The notes: generated from the sequence alone by a model not told the origin. Positions 1-11,122 are shown, numbered from the stretch's first letter. The stretch is 64,000 nt of DNA from Polyangiales bacterium (GCA_965214225.1 OZ243942.1:1227774-1291773); one strand, 5' to 3'. A program made the numbers and translations.

Positions 1-381
1 GCAGGGCTCTCAGAACCTAGCCTGATCCGGGCAATGCCAGTGACTCCGACACCCATGTTGTTCAGTTGAGTCAGTTTTCGAGCGCCCCCGCCAAAGTTCT
101 CGTCCTCCCCGCGGTCGTCCTGCGATCCTGAAAAAACAGGAGCGTAGCTCATCCACGTGAGGCCTCTTCCAAAGAACTGATTTTCTCAAGAACTAGGTCG
201 CGAGGAGGAAAGCCGAAAAATGGCCTAAGTGAACGGGATTGGCCTGATCCGGGACCAGCCGACGGAGTAGATACCTGCTAAAGCGCCCGCGTGACTACCG
301 CATATCTGGAGCAACGCCTCCGCCCTCTCAGATCTTCCACATGCAAGCGCCCGCCGTCACTCGAATAGGCGTCCGCTTGGT

Positions 382-1686
382 CTACTCGGCGGCCTTCTCA
401 GGGTCAGCTTCTGGCAACTGCTCAAGCTCCACTGCCGTCACATGACGCTCATCTGCCTCTCGAACGGTAAAGCGGAACGGACCTAACTCGAGCGCTTGCC
501 CCACTTCAGGCACCTTTCCGGCGAGGTCATTGATGAGACCGCCAAGCGACTCGTGATCCCCCGCCACCTCGGGTAGCTCCGCCTCAATCATATCTTGCAG
601 GTCGTGCAGCGACATATTGGCCTGAACAAGATACCGCTTCTCCCCGAGTCGCTGAATAGGAGACTCCTCTCGATCATGTTCATCCCTAATCTCGCCCACT
701 ATCTCCTCAAGGATATCCTCGAGGGTAACCAAGCCACTCGTGCCTCCGAACTCGTCCACGACCACAGCCAAGTGCACCCGGCGTGCCTGCATCTCACGCA
801 GTAGGTTACCTATCTTCTGCGACTCAGCGGCGAAGAATGGAGCTTTGCTAAGCTTGCTTAGGGCGCGTTGAGGCGACCCCTTCTTCATCGACCGGAACAG
901 ATCCTTGGCATAGAGAACGCCTTCAACCTGGTCGAGACGCTCATGATAGATGGGATAGCGGCTATGCCCTTTTTCCACCACGAGAGCGAACACTTCATCC
1001 AGTGACATCGTCCGTTCAATCGCGACCATCTGTGTGCGAGGCACCATCACCTCGCGAGCCACTGTATCCTTGAACTCCAGAACGCTTAAAAGAAGCTCCG
1101 CATGCTCCTGACTGAGGTTTCCCTTCTCCTCGCTTTGCTCAATCAGATGCTCCACCTCGAGCTCGGCGACGCGTTGCGGATTGTCGTCCGCACGCTCGGG
1201 AAGAACCTTGGACACTAGCCGGGCGAATGCGAGGAGGGGCGCCACGAGCGGCGCCATGAGCCACTGCACCGGACGAACGAGCTGAAAGAGGATAAATGCG
1301 TTCCCGTTGAGCCGCCCGCGGCCGTACGTAGTGGCTACCTCTGCCGCAATGCAGTAGGCGAGCCCAAAACCAAGGACGCCTACCGCGAGGCTAAGGTCGT
1401 GCAGATGGGTGCCCGCCAAGAGACGCACACATCGGTCTGCCACAAGCGATGCTCCCAAGCCCACGCACAAGACCCGCCCGACGAGAAACGTTGCCGACAA
1501 TCGACCGCGGCCGATGAGCAGGCGGCGCGCAATACCCGCGTGCTTGCCATCGCTGTCTACGATGGCACGAAGACGCGCGTCGCCCAGCGTATTCAATGCG
1601 TCGTTAAGACCGGCAAACGCAGCACCAACGAACAACACCGCCAGGACAACTATCCAGGCGGTCCAATTCAGTGGAGGGTCATCCAC
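382..1686 (-). CDS. Hemolysin-family / CNNM (HlyC/CorC/TlyC) membrane protein with CBS pair and CorC_HlyC C-terminal domain
   Basis: N-terminal hydrophobic DUF21-like segment; VAREVMVPRTQM, HSRYPIY, VVDEFGGTSGLVTLEDILEEIVGEIRDEHD motifs. Confidence 0.9.
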   Translation of the reverse strand: MDDPPLNWTAWIVVLAVLFVGAAFAGLNDALNTLGDARLRAIVDSDGKHAGIARRLLIGRGRLSATFLVGRVLCVGLGASLVADRCVRLLAGTHLHDLSLAVGVLGFGLAYCIAAEVATTYGRGRLNGNAFILFQLVRPVQWLMAPLVAPLLAFARLVSKVLPERADDNPQRVAELEVEHLIEQSEEKGNLSQEHAELLLSVLEFKDTVAREVMVPRTQMVAIERTMSLDEVFALVVEKGHSRYPIYHERLDQVEGVLYAKDLFRSMKKGSPQRALSKLSKAPFFAAESQKIGNLLREMQARRVHLAVVVDEFGGTSGLVTLEDILEEIVGEIRDEHDREESPIQRLGEKRYLVQANMSLHDLQDMIEAELPEVAGDHESLGGLINDLAGKVPEVGQALELGPFRFTVREADERHVTAVELEQLPEADPEKAAE

Positions 1687-1979
1687 CGAGTCGCTCTCGA
1701 TCGTTCAAGGTCGAATGCACTCCGAAAGCTTTTGGGGAACGCATAGGTGTTTACGACCGTATGTCCTCTTTGCGTGCTGACTTGGACCGACCACTGACAG
1801 CCGACGCATCACAGGACAAACCTGTATGGCAACTTTCAAAGACTGAACCTTCGCAAATGCCAGAACTTGAGCCGATCCGAAGTTATTTGCCACAACGGAA
1901 AAAAGCATAATCGCGGGTTCGAGGCTTTGCAAGCCTGTAGGCTGGCTGCGGCCTTTGATACAACGTAGAAGCTCCAAAA

Positions 1980-3200
1980 CTAGCGCGTGTCCAGATCGCG
2001 TTGTGCAACCGTGGATGCCACACGTAGGCGAAGCGCGTTGAGCCGGATGAAACCAGTTGCGTCACGTTGATCATAAACGTCGTCGGCTTCAAATGTAGCA
2101 AGCTCTTCATCGTACAAGCTGCGTTCGCTGCGCCTCCCGGTGACCGTCACACTTCCCTTATATAGGCGAAGACGCGCTTCTCCTGTCACATGCGCTTGCA
2201 GTTGATCGATAAGCGCCTGCAACGCTTCGCGCTCAGGCGAAAACCAGAAGCCCCGATAAATGAGCGAAGCGTACTTCGGAATGAGACTGTCACGCAGGCG
2301 CATGGCCTCACCGTCGAGCGTGATCGATTCGACGGCTCGATGCGCCTTGTGCAGAACCGTGCCGCCGGGCGTTTCGTACACGCCTCGAGATTTCATGCCC
2401 ACGAAACGGTTCTCCACGATATCAACGCGCCCCACCCCATGTTCTCCTGCTACCTGGTTGAGGTGAGCAAGAAGCTCAGCGGGTGCCATTCGACGACCAT
2501 CGACTGCCACCGGATTGCCCTGCTCGTAACGGATGACCAGCTCCTGCGCAGAGTCAGAGCACGTCTCGTGGCCTTTCGTCCACAGGAACATGCTCTCCGG
2601 TGGAGCGACCCATGGGTCTTCCAGCACTCCGCCTTCGTAGCTTAGGTGAAAAAGGTTCCGATCCACCGAGAAAGGTTTTTCAGGCGTGACTGGCACCGGG
2701 ATCTTATGAGCTTCTGCGTAGGCAATGCAATCCGCCCGCGAGCGCAAATCCCATTCGCGCCATGGCGCGATGATTCGGATGGATGGGTCAATGGCAAGAG
2801 CGGTAAGCTCGAAACGGACCTGATCATTGCCTTTGCCCGTGGCTCCATGAGCAATGGCATCGGCGTTGTGCCGCTTCGCTATCTCCATCATCGCCTTCGC
2901 TATGATCGGGCGGGCGATGGATGTGCCCAGCAGATACTCCCCCTCGTACACCGCGTTAGCTCGCAGCATGGGAAAACAGTAGTCGCGAACGAAAGCCTCG
3001 CGTAGGTCAGGAGTTTCATACGACGTTGCTCCTGTCTTCTGTGCCTTCTCGGCGACCTCTTCAAGGTTCTCCTCTTGCCCAACGTCAGCGCAAAAGGCAA
3101 TAACTTCTGCGTCGTACTTCTCCTTGAGCCAGGTCAGGATAACCGAGGTATCCAAGCCGCCGCTGTACGCTAAGACGACTTTCTTCACTTCCGCACGCAT
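1980..3200 (-). CDS. argG: Argininosuccinate synthase
   Basis: [51 protein letters not shown] motifs. Confidence 0.98.
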   Translation of the reverse strand: MRAEVKKVVLAYSGGLDTSVILTWLKEKYDAEVIAFCADVGQEENLEEVAEKAQKTGATSYETPDLREAFVRDYCFPMLRANAVYEGEYLLGTSIARPIIAKAMMEIAKRHNADAIAHGATGKGNDQVRFELTALAIDPSIRIIAPWREWDLRSRADCIAYAEAHKIPVPVTPEKPFSVDRNLFHLSYEGGVLEDPWVAPPESMFLWTKGHETCSDSAQELVIRYEQGNPVAVDGRRMAPAELLAHLNQVAGEHGVGRVDIVENRFVGMKSRGVYETPGGTVLHKAHRAVESITLDGEAMRLRDSLIPKYASLIYRGFWFSPEREALQALIDQLQAHVTGEARLRLYKGSVTVTGRRSERSLYDEELATFEADDVYDQRDATGFIRLNALRLRVASTVAQRDLDTR

Positions 3201-3429
3201 TAGGTCTCCGCTGCTGTTTCCTTTGAAGAAACTCGCAGCGACGATAGCATCGGCGTACGGAAAACGCTACCGGCGGACAGGAGCATCTGCGCGCTGTCGT
3301 TCGCCTATCCGCAGGGTGGCGTCGCGCAGAGTAGCGTCGCGCAGAAGGACGTCGCGCAGAGTAGCGTCGTTCTAGGCGCTGAAATCGGGTTTGCGTCCTT
3401 CAGCTATGTGTCAGGGCACAGCATTGCGG

Positions 3430-5256
3430 CTAGGCTCTGCCGAGGACACCGCAAAACATGCGATGCGTTCGCTGCAAGGTTTCAAGCTGAACCTGGAGCG
3501 CCGCAGTGTCTTTTGCTCCCAGACTCACTTGCGCCTCCTCGATGACCGCCCGTGCCTTTCCAACAGCGTCGCGTCCAAACTCGCTATCTCTCACCTCTTC
3601 CTCCACCTTGGGCAGCAACTGGGTGATCTCCTGCACCAAGCTCTCAATCTCCTGCAACGACTTCTGCTGCGTCTCCGTCGCACGTCGCTCCACGGCGCTA
3701 TTGCGTGCCTCCTCCACCATCTTCTTCAGCTCTTCGGGCGTAAGACCGCTGGAGGCTTTTACAGTCAGCGACTGGGCGCGACCTGTTTCTAGGTTCGCAG
3801 CTTCGACATTGACTATGCCATCCGCGTTGATCTCGAAAGTGACCTCGATCTCTATCTCTCCAGCTTTGGCCCGCCGGAGACCGGTAAGGATGAACTCGCC
3901 AAGAAGTTCGTTCTCTTCTGCCTTCCCCGACTCACCCTGCATCACGAGAATCTTAACTGCCGTCTGATCATCACGAATGGTTGTGAAAACCTTGGACTGC
4001 TGCGTCGGCACCGTGCTGTTTTGCGGAATGAGCTCCTCGAAGTATCCACCAGACACCATAATGCCCAAGGTGTGTGGCGTGACGTCGAGCAGAATCATCT
4101 CCTCCACTTGCTGAGTCAGTGCGGCACCTTGGATCGCCGCACCCAGTGCGACCACTTCATCTGGGTGTACACCCTTACTCGGTTGGCGCTCAAAAAAATC
4201 CGCCACCGTGTGCTGAACGGCAGGCATACGCGTCATGCCTCCCACCAGAATCACCTCGTCAATGTCGTCCTTATCCAGATCCGCCTCGCGCAACGTTTGC
4301 TCGCAAATCAGAACGGTGCGCTTGATGAGGTCCGCGGTGAGCTCCTCTAGCTTCGCGCGTGACAGGACCCGTTGCAGATGCAGTGAGGTATTGTTCTCGC
4401 TCGACATGATAAATGGAAGATTGATTTCGGTTTCTCCATCGACCGACAACTCACATTTAGCCTTTTCGGACGCATCTTTCAGTCGCTGCAATGCCATGCG
4501 GTCGTGGGTGAGATCGATGTCGTGCTCCGCTTGGAACCCCTTAATCAACCAATTCGTGATGCGCTGGTCAAAGTCCTCTCCGCCCAAGAATGTATCGCCC
4601 GCTGTGCTGATCACCTTAAAGACGCCTTCGCTACCTATCTCCAAGACGGATATGTCAAAGGTGCCTCCGCCAAGATCGAAGATGGCCACCGTACGGTCGA
4701 TCTTCTTTCCAAAGCCATACGCCAGAGACGCGGCTGTAGGTTCGTTGATGATGCGGATCACATCCAAACCCGCGATGGTGCCGGCGTCCTTGGTCGCTTG
4801 CCGCTGCCCGTCGTTGAAGTAGGCCGGCACCGTGACGACCGCCTTTTCAACCTCATGCCCAAGGTGCTCTTCGGCAATGACTTTCATCTCTTGAAGAACC
4901 ATCGCGCTCACTTCCGGCACACTGTAGATGCGACCGCGGATGTTGATCCGGGGATCGTTGTGTGGACCTTGCACGATGCGATAGGACGCAAGCGAAGCTG
5001 AATCGGTCACCTGTGGATGATCCCACTTGCGCCCGATCAGGCGTTTTGCGGCGTAGACTGTGTTTTCAGCATTGGTGATGGCCTGACGTTTGGCTATGTG
5101 GCCGACCAGGCGCTTGCCGCTCTCGGTAACCGCCACCATGGAAGGCGTGGTCTTGTATCCACCGCGGTTGGCGATAACCGTAGGCGCGCCGTTTTCCAAC
5201 ACCGCCACACACGAATTGAAGGTACCAAGATCAATACCTATGACCGTATTCGACAT
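3430..5256 (-). CDS. dnaK: Hsp70/DnaK-family chaperone (probable myxobacterial paralog)
   Basis: GIDLGTFNS, TVPAYFND.QRQATKDAG, EPTAASLAYG, DLGGGTFDIS, GGEDFD, LVGGMTRMP, LLDVTP. Confidence 0.95.
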   Translation of the reverse strand: MSNTVIGIDLGTFNSCVAVLENGAPTVIANRGGYKTTPSMVAVTESGKRLVGHIAKRQAITNAENTVYAAKRLIGRKWDHPQVTDSASLASYRIVQGPHNDPRINIRGRIYSVPEVSAMVLQEMKVIAEEHLGHEVEKAVVTVPAYFNDGQRQATKDAGTIAGLDVIRIINEPTAASLAYGFGKKIDRTVAIFDLGGGTFDISVLEIGSEGVFKVISTAGDTFLGGEDFDQRITNWLIKGFQAEHDIDLTHDRMALQRLKDASEKAKCELSVDGETEINLPFIMSSENNTSLHLQRVLSRAKLEELTADLIKRTVLICEQTLREADLDKDDIDEVILVGGMTRMPAVQHTVADFFERQPSKGVHPDEVVALGAAIQGAALTQQVEEMILLDVTPHTLGIMVSGGYFEELIPQNSTVPTQQSKVFTTIRDDQTAVKILVMQGESGKAEENELLGEFILTGLRRAKAGEIEIEVTFEINADGIVNVEAANLETGRAQSLTVKASSGLTPEELKKMVEEARNSAVERRATETQQKSLQEIESLVQEITQLLPKVEEEVRDSEFGRDAVGKARAVIEEAQVSLGAKDTAALQVQLETLQRTHRMFCGVLGRA

Positions 5257-5394
5257 GATGAACCTAAACTATGGGCCGTGTTGTTGAGACGCGAGTTAGT
5301 CGCCGTCAGAACAAGCTGCAGGCGCTCGCGCAGCAACCCTCCCCCTTCGTACCGTTACACGGAACCACTACACGGTACCATGACACGGATGTTT

Positions 5395-6969
5395 TCAAAG
5401 ATGCTGAAGGAGCTGTTGCGCTTCCGTGCGCACGCGCTCATCCGATAGAGCCACCATCAACTCCCGCTTGGCGTTAAGTGTGAGCTTCGCTTCGAGGTAC
5501 ACACGCCCCAAGAGCACCCTTAGATGCCCATCGTCTGGAGCAAGCGCGAGCGCCTCTTGAAGAAGATCCGCCGCCCGATGCATATCCGTACCGGCCTTCA
5601 GACACGCCACGGCTGCTTTACGACGGCTCTCGACATCTTGCGGCAAAGCGTCCGCGATGCGGCTCCACGACCGACCAGCTTCCTTCCAACGATCTATCGA
5701 TTCCTCGTACTGAGCCTGACGGCGTTGATTTTCTGCAAGTTGTCCTTTCGCCTTTGCACGTAGAGCATCGTGCTTAGACTTGATCTCAAGCTGATTGGGG
5801 GCACAAGCCAGAGCCATTCGTGTAGCGTTGACGGCCCCTACCAGGTCTCCTGCAGCCTCGGACTCGTCGGCGCGCCTCATCAGATCAGCGAGCTTCTCGT
5901 GGCCACCAGTCAAGTTGGAAGCCTGCCTCACTGAGCCCGTAAGGTCACGCGCGACCTCTTTCCGCGTGCGCTTGGTGTCTTCCCTGCTTGCCAGCGGGTC
6001 TTTAGAGACGGCACCACGTACGCGAGGACGCGTTTGCTGCCGCAGAACGCGAGCCACTCGGCGCGCCGCCGCACGCCTTACCTTCAACGTGTCAAGTTGA
6101 TCGAACGCGGCATGGGGCGTTTCCCCTTCCGAAGACGGAGGCGGAACCGTGTTTTGCTCCAGGTACTCCGCAATCAGCGCCTGGTGCAGCTGCGACGCCT
6201 TCTCCCGCGTTTCCAGGTAGACGTCGTACGCCTCACGCGCATTCTTCTTGCTGAGCACGTTGTACGCATCGGTGAAGCGCCGGAAGACCACCTCCAACTG
6301 GCGTCGCACCTCCCCAAGCTCCACGCCGAAGTAAGCGTCGGGATGGAAACGTTTGGAGGCCGCGAAGTAGGCTGTGCGCACAGCCTTGCGGTCAGCGTCA
6401 CGCGGGATCTCCAGCAGCTCGTAGTGCGAGCAGGTTTCGCTTTGTATAAACACCTTCTCAATAAACTGGCGCTGGTCAGCGCTCGGGCTTGCTGCGCTCA
6501 GACTTGCTGCGCTCAGGCTTGCTGTGCTCAGGCTTACTGCGCTCTGCGCCGGCTGGGATAGCGGCGATGTAGCTGCACCCGATGGGGGCTCGCCCAGCGC
6601 CTCTGTGCGCCCCGCCGATGAAGTCCCTGTGCCCGCCAATAAAGTCTCTGTGCCCGCCAATAAAGTCTCTGTGCCCGCCGATGAAGTCTCTGTACCCATT
6701 GCCGACCCCACGCCGCCGGAGCGCTCGCTTCGTTCAACCAAGCCGAGCCGCGAGAGCTTGCTGAGCGTGTGCTCTACCTCAGATTCATTCAGCAACGTAC
6801 GATGGGCAAGCTCCTGAACCGTGGCGCTCCGCTCAAGAGCAGCAAGCACGTCCTTTTCCTCACTAGTTAGGGGTATCGCAGTCAGAGGCACCGACGATGC
6901 CAGCCCACTGGCCCGAGCGTTCGCGGACCAACGGTAACGCACTGTCGCTCTGGAACTCGCCGGCTGCAT
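5395..6969 (-). CDS. J-domain co-chaperone with N-terminal winged-helix-like segment and C-terminal TPR repeats
   Basis: SHYELLEIPRDADRKAVRTAYFAASKRFHPD (HPD motif); TPR-like helices at the C-terminus; directly upstream of dnaK. Start codon uncertain. Confidence 0.85.
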   Translation of the reverse strand: MQPASSRATVRYRWSANARASGLASSVPLTAIPLTSEEKDVLAALERSATVQELAHRTLLNESEVEHTLSKLSRLGLVERSERSGGVGSAMGTETSSAGTETLLAGTETLLAGTGTSSAGRTEALGEPPSGAATSPLSQPAQSAVSLSTASLSAASLSAASPSADQRQFIEKVFIQSETCSHYELLEIPRDADRKAVRTAYFAASKRFHPDAYFGVELGEVRRQLEVVFRRFTDAYNVLSKKNAREAYDVYLETREKASQLHQALIAEYLEQNTVPPPSSEGETPHAAFDQLDTLKVRRAAARRVARVLRQQTRPRVRGAVSKDPLASREDTKRTRKEVARDLTGSVRQASNLTGGHEKLADLMRRADESEAAGDLVGAVNATRMALACAPNQLEIKSKHDALRAKAKGQLAENQRRQAQYEESIDRWKEAGRSWSRIADALPQDVESRRKAAVACLKAGTDMHRAADLLQEALALAPDDGHLRVLLGRVYLEAKLTLNAKRELMVALSDERVRTEAQQLLQHL

Positions 6970-7198
6970 GACCCCTCTTCCAGCTAGTTAGCGGAAGACA
7001 TCTCAGCATCATAGCCGAACTCTCCGTTGCTTTTCTAGACCCACCTGACTCTGCGCTTGCAGCAACCTGCGCTCGCAGCAACCCCACCTGGCTCTGCGCT
7101 CGCAGCAACAAAGATGCAAGAACCGAACTCCTACGCCTTGCGCAACAGTCCTACTGCTCCCCCTCTGACAGTCATCCGGCGGTGGAGCCGCACGTCGT

Positions 7199-8143
7199 TC
7201 AGTTTCTAGTCTGCGAAGGATTCTTAGTCTGGAGGAGATGGACCAACAACGCCTTCTGAACGTGCAGGCGGTTTTCCGCTTCGTCCAAGACACGCGACTG
7301 AGGACCATCAATCACGTCAGCTGCCACTTCTTCACCTCTGTGCGCCGGCAAACAGTGTAAGAAGACAGCCTCCGGCTGAGCTAGCTTCATCCTCTTGGTG
7401 TCCACCTGATAATCGGCGAACACCTGCCTGCGAAGCTTATTTTCTTCCTCTTGACCCATGCTGGTCCACACATCGCTGGTGACCACGTGCGCTCCGCGAA
7501 TGGCATCCTCCGGGTGAAGCACCAGCTCAATTTGACCCGGGGCGGTTGTTTCCGCGTAGCGAAGCACGTTTGGATTGGGGAGGTAGCGGTCAGGGCACGC
7601 AAGCCTTAGCTTCAATCCGCTTAGGCAAGCAGCGTGGATCCAGCTATTGGCCATGTTGTTTCCGTCACCAACCCAAGCCACGGTGAGGTCTTCAAGGTCA
7701 CCAAACTCCATCTTTATCGTAAGTAGGTCTGCTAACAGCTGGCAGGGATGGAAGCGGTCAGTCAGACCGTTGATCACGGGTATGGTGGAGTTCTCGGCCA
7801 GGATCTCCACGCGCTCATGCTCTGCGGTGCGGTAGACCGCCGCGTGTACGAAGCGCGAAAGCATCTTCGCCGTGTCCTCGAGTGATTCCGCCAGCTCTCC
7901 GCGCCCAAGTTGGGTGTCACGCCCCAGAAGACTGAGCGGTTGTCCTCCAAGCTCATAAACCCCCACCTCAAACGAGAGGCGGGTGCGGGTGGATGGCTTT
8001 TCAAAAATGAGCGCAACAGACTTTCCCGCCAAAGGACCTGCTACCTGATGCTCACGCTTGGCTCGAAGTTTCTCCGCCGTGGCAAGCAACTCAAGCAGGT
8101 CGTCCTTGCCGAGATCGAGGAGAGTCTTGAGGTGCTGCGTCAT
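7199..8143 (-). CDS. argF: Ornithine carbamoyltransferase
   Basis: FEKPSTRTRLSFE, HPCQLLAD, WVGDGNN, FLHCLPAHRGEEV. Confidence 0.97.
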   Translation of the reverse strand: MTQHLKTLLDLGKDDLLELLATAEKLRAKREHQVAGPLAGKSVALIFEKPSTRTRLSFEVGVYELGGQPLSLLGRDTQLGRGELAESLEDTAKMLSRFVHAAVYRTAEHERVEILAENSTIPVINGLTDRFHPCQLLADLLTIKMEFGDLEDLTVAWVGDGNNMANSWIHAACLSGLKLRLACPDRYLPNPNVLRYAETTAPGQIELVLHPEDAIRGAHVVTSDVWTSMGQEEENKLRRQVFADYQVDTKRMKLAQPEAVFLHCLPAHRGEEVAADVIDGPQSRVLDEAENRLHVQKALLVHLLQTKNPSQTRN

Positions 8144-8189
8144 GATTACTTCCTTTCAAAGCCGGCTTTCGTATCTAACATTTCTCTGA

Positions 8190-9431
8190 CTAACTTTTCT
8201 GGGCACGAAGGCACGTTTCAACCATCCGACAGGCCGTCTCAATGTCTTCCTCTCCGACGTTGAGCGGCGGCGCAAAGCGCAGCACGTTGTCTCCGCACGG
8301 GGCCACAAGTAACCCATGGTCGCGCAGAGTAGCGATGAAGTCTCTCACGCCGAGCCGCTCATCAAGCTTTAACCCCTGCAACAACCCCCGCCCCCGCTGC
8401 TCAACGGCCAGCGGCAGGTCAGCAGCATTGCACAGCCCTTGCAGCTTCTCTTCAAAGATGCTGCCCATTGCAAGCGTGTTGTCCAACAGCTTTTCTTCAT
8501 CGATAACTTCCAACACTGCCAATGCGGCGGCACATCCCATCGGGTTGCCTCCAAAGGTGGTGCCATGGCTACCCACAGGCAGCCCCTTGGCCAGACGGTC
8601 TTTAATCGCTATCGCGCCCATTGGGAAACCTCCGGCGATGCCCTTGGCCAATGAGCAAGCATCGGCCTGGACGCCGCTCCACTCAGCTGCCAAGTACCTT
8701 CCTGTGCGAGCCGAGCCTGTTTGAATCTCATCGAAGAAAAGTAGCGCGCCGCACGCGTCGCACAACTTTCGAAGCCCTCGCAGGTATTCGTCCTCTGCTG
8801 CTCGAAGGCCACCCTCACCTTGAATCGGCTCTACCAGCACTGCAGCAAGCGCTGAACCCGCAAGGGCCCGAACAGCTTCGAGGTCATTGAAAGGCACATA
8901 GACGATATCGCTAAGCATGTCACCGAGGCCAACATGGTACTTGGGCTGCGCTGTGAGAGACAAACTCCCCATCGAACGCCCATGGAAGCCACCGTGCGCG
9001 GTGATAATCACTTTGCGTTCGCCATCGCCACACTCGTGGTGAAACCGTCGGGCTAGCTTGAACAAACCCTCGTTCGCCTCGGTGCCGCTGTTACAGAAGA
9101 AGAATCTGTCAAAATGGGTCCGCTGGCTCAGTTGATAGGCTAGCTCGATGGCCCGGTCGGAGAAAAACAGGTTAGAAACATGAAGAAGTCTGGATGCTTG
9201 CTCCGCGATCGCTCGGCTCAGTTTGGGGTGCGCGTGACCTACACTGGTCACTGCTATCCCGCCAGTAAAGTCGAGATACTTTTTTCCCGCCCGGTCCCAA
9301 ACATGCACCCCTTGACCGCGGGTTAGCACCATGGGCGCCGGATTGGTCGTGCGGAAGATAGCGCTGTCCGCCGCTTCAAGAAGTTCGTCTTGCGTGCCTA
9401 AGCTTCGACCGGCACTCGATTTGTCACTCAT
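8190..9431 (-). CDS. argD: Acetylornithine aminotransferase (class III, PLP)
   Basis: FCNSGTEANE, FHGRS, DEIQTG, SLAKGIAGGFPMGA, HGTTFGGNP; within arg operon. Confidence 0.93.
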   Translation of the reverse strand: MSDKSSAGRSLGTQDELLEAADSAIFRTTNPAPMVLTRGQGVHVWDRAGKKYLDFTGGIAVTSVGHAHPKLSRAIAEQASRLLHVSNLFFSDRAIELAYQLSQRTHFDRFFFCNSGTEANEGLFKLARRFHHECGDGERKVIITAHGGFHGRSMGSLSLTAQPKYHVGLGDMLSDIVYVPFNDLEAVRALAGSALAAVLVEPIQGEGGLRAAEDEYLRGLRKLCDACGALLFFDEIQTGSARTGRYLAAEWSGVQADACSLAKGIAGGFPMGAIAIKDRLAKGLPVGSHGTTFGGNPMGCAAALAVLEVIDEEKLLDNTLAMGSIFEEKLQGLCNAADLPLAVEQRGRGLLQGLKLDERLGVRDFIATLRDHGLLVAPCGDNVLRFAPPLNVGEEDIETACRMVETCLRAQKS

Positions 9432-10312
9432 AACGCTCCACGTATTTCTGTACCAATACCTCGGTCGGTAAAGATTTCCAAGAGCACAGCATGCTGCTGT
9501 CTCCCGTCAATAATGTGGCACTTGTTGACGCCCCCGCTGAGCGCGTTAAGGGCGCACCCAACCTTCGGAATCATGCCGCCGCTGATCACGCCCTTCGTAA
9601 TGAGGTCTTGCGCCACTTCATCATCCAGCGAGGGGATCAGTGAACCGTCCGAGTCGGCTACGCCAGGCGTGTCGGTCAAGAGAACGAGCTTCTCTGCGCC
9701 AAGCGCCTGAGCAATCTTGCCCGCAGCCGTGTCGGCGTTGACGTTGAGCGAGCGGCCCTCAGCGTCAACAGCAACCGGAGCCACGACGGGCACAAAACCT
9801 CCACCGACCAAGCGGTCAATGACGTCGGTATTAACTTTCTCGACCCGCCCCACCCGTCCAGGGTCGACCTCTGTGCCCTGGCGGGTTCGCATGCGCTCCA
9901 AACGATGCGCCTCCATGAAGCGGTCATCTTTACCGGTAAGTCCCACCGCGCGCCCTCCGTGGCGGTTGATCAGCGACACGATTTGCTGGTTGATTCTGCC
10001 GCCAAGCACCATCTCCACAACCTCCATGGTGCGCTCATCGGTTACGCGAAGCCCCTCCAGCCTTTCGGAGACCACGCCAAGCGAAGAGAGCATCGCATCT
10101 ATCTGAGGCCCCCCACCGTGCACTACGATCGGACACAGCCCCACGTACTTCATCAAGACGATGTCTCGCGCAAAGCTCTCCCGTAAGGAGGGGTCCACCA
10201 TCGCGTGGCCGCCGTACTTGATGACGAACTTTCGGCCATGAAAGCGCCTGATGTAAGGCAACGCCTCATGAAGCACAATGGCTTTTTCCACAGGTTTTCG
10301 CAGATCCGACAT
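9428..10312 (-). CDS. argB: Acetylglutamate kinase
   Basis: VIKYGGHAM, VHGGGPQI, GLRVTD, NVNAD, GGMIPKV, LLEIFTDRGIGT. Confidence 0.97.
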   Translation of the reverse strand: MSDLRKPVEKAIVLHEALPYIRRFHGRKFVIKYGGHAMVDPSLRESFARDIVLMKYVGLCPIVVHGGGPQIDAMLSSLGVVSERLEGLRVTDERTMEVVEMVLGGRINQQIVSLINRHGGRAVGLTGKDDRFMEAHRLERMRTRQGTEVDPGRVGRVEKVNTDVIDRLVGGGFVPVVAPVAVDAEGRSLNVNADTAAGKIAQALGAEKLVLLTDTPGVADSDGSLIPSLDDEVAQDLITKGVISGGMIPKVGCALNALSGGVNKCHIIDGRQQHAVLLEIFTDRGIGTEIRGAL

Positions 10313-10486
10313 CCTTCGCTCCGTGCCTTCTTTAGCGCAGGATGAGGCAAAAACGAGAGCAGTCGAGCCGCAAACTGCGGATCAACACGACGAGCCTGGG
10401 CGTCCACGGCTCTTCGAGGTTGCTGGGCTGACGGTCGGCCAACTGGAGGTCGACCGGCGTGATCTGCTTGAGCGCAGAAGCATCGC

Positions 10487-10997
10487 CGTGGCTGGCCCGC
10501 CGTGGCTGGCCCGCAGGCAGATGCATCGCCGCTCTCTCAGCGGGACCCACCGTCCTTTGGACGGTCCCCCCAATACGTTCGCTCACGATGCATCTTCCCG
10601 CGGGCCCGTCGTACATGCCCACATGCGGAGAGAGTGGCGTAGTTGACTTAGCCGGGAGGCTCAGGCTCATTTCCACAAGAGGATCCTACTGCTTTGCAAC
10701 AACTTGTAGATGCAACCACTTTGTCGTCCCTGCTATCTGAACCCGTCACCCGACCACGTTCGTGATGGACGGGGGAGTTTGGGTGAATGCCGCGGGATTG
10801 ACTTCCGCGGTAGATAGTTTGGGTTGCACAGCGTCTGGGTGCCAAACCCTCGATAAAAGTCGCATCACGCGGTTGACCCTGCTACCCGAGCACCTTCGTG
10901 ATGGGCGGGGGAGTTTGGGTGAATGCTCGGGATTGACTCCCGTGCAGATAGTTTGGGTGGCACAGCGTCTGGGTGCCAGACCTTTAGTAAACCAGCC
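10487..10997 (-). repeat. Modular structured dispersed repeat family 1, locus 1 (inverted relative to the other loci)
   Basis: Reverse-complement copies of GCATCGTGAGCGAACGTATTGGGGGGACC, GGTCCCGCTGAGWGAGCGG, GAAATGAGCCTGAGCC, GTCAATCCCG, ATTCACCCAAACTCCCCCG and TGGCACCCAGACGCTGTGC also found at 28.5, 33.1 and 35.9-37.0 kb. Confidence 0.95.
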
Positions 10998-11087
10998 CCT
11001 CAGTTAACTAGCCTCACCGGAGCGCGCTTAGGCGCGTGAGGACGGGGTTCAGCGGAGCGTGCGGAAGGCACGACCTTCTTGGCAAGC

Positions 11088-11122
11088 GTGCCTTCCTGGT
11101 CAGGAAGGCACTGACCTATTAC
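11088..11122. repeat. Short REP-like repeat family 2, copy 1 (palindrome GTGCCTTCCT-GGTC-AGGAAGGCAC plus TGACCTATTAC)
   Basis: Related to CTTCCTGGTnnGAAAGCCnCTGACCnnTTAC at 12464, 22192 and 25612. Confidence 0.75.

Noticed and set aside
19-45. TPP-riboswitch-like CCTGATCCGGGCAATGCCAG
   Set aside because: The downstream GCGNAGGGA is absent, the stem is mismatched, and the 5' half would be outside the window.
1-152. Possible minus-strand ORF start (MSYAPVFSG...) running off the left end
   Set aside because: About 50 codons with no recognisable motif; cannot be supported.
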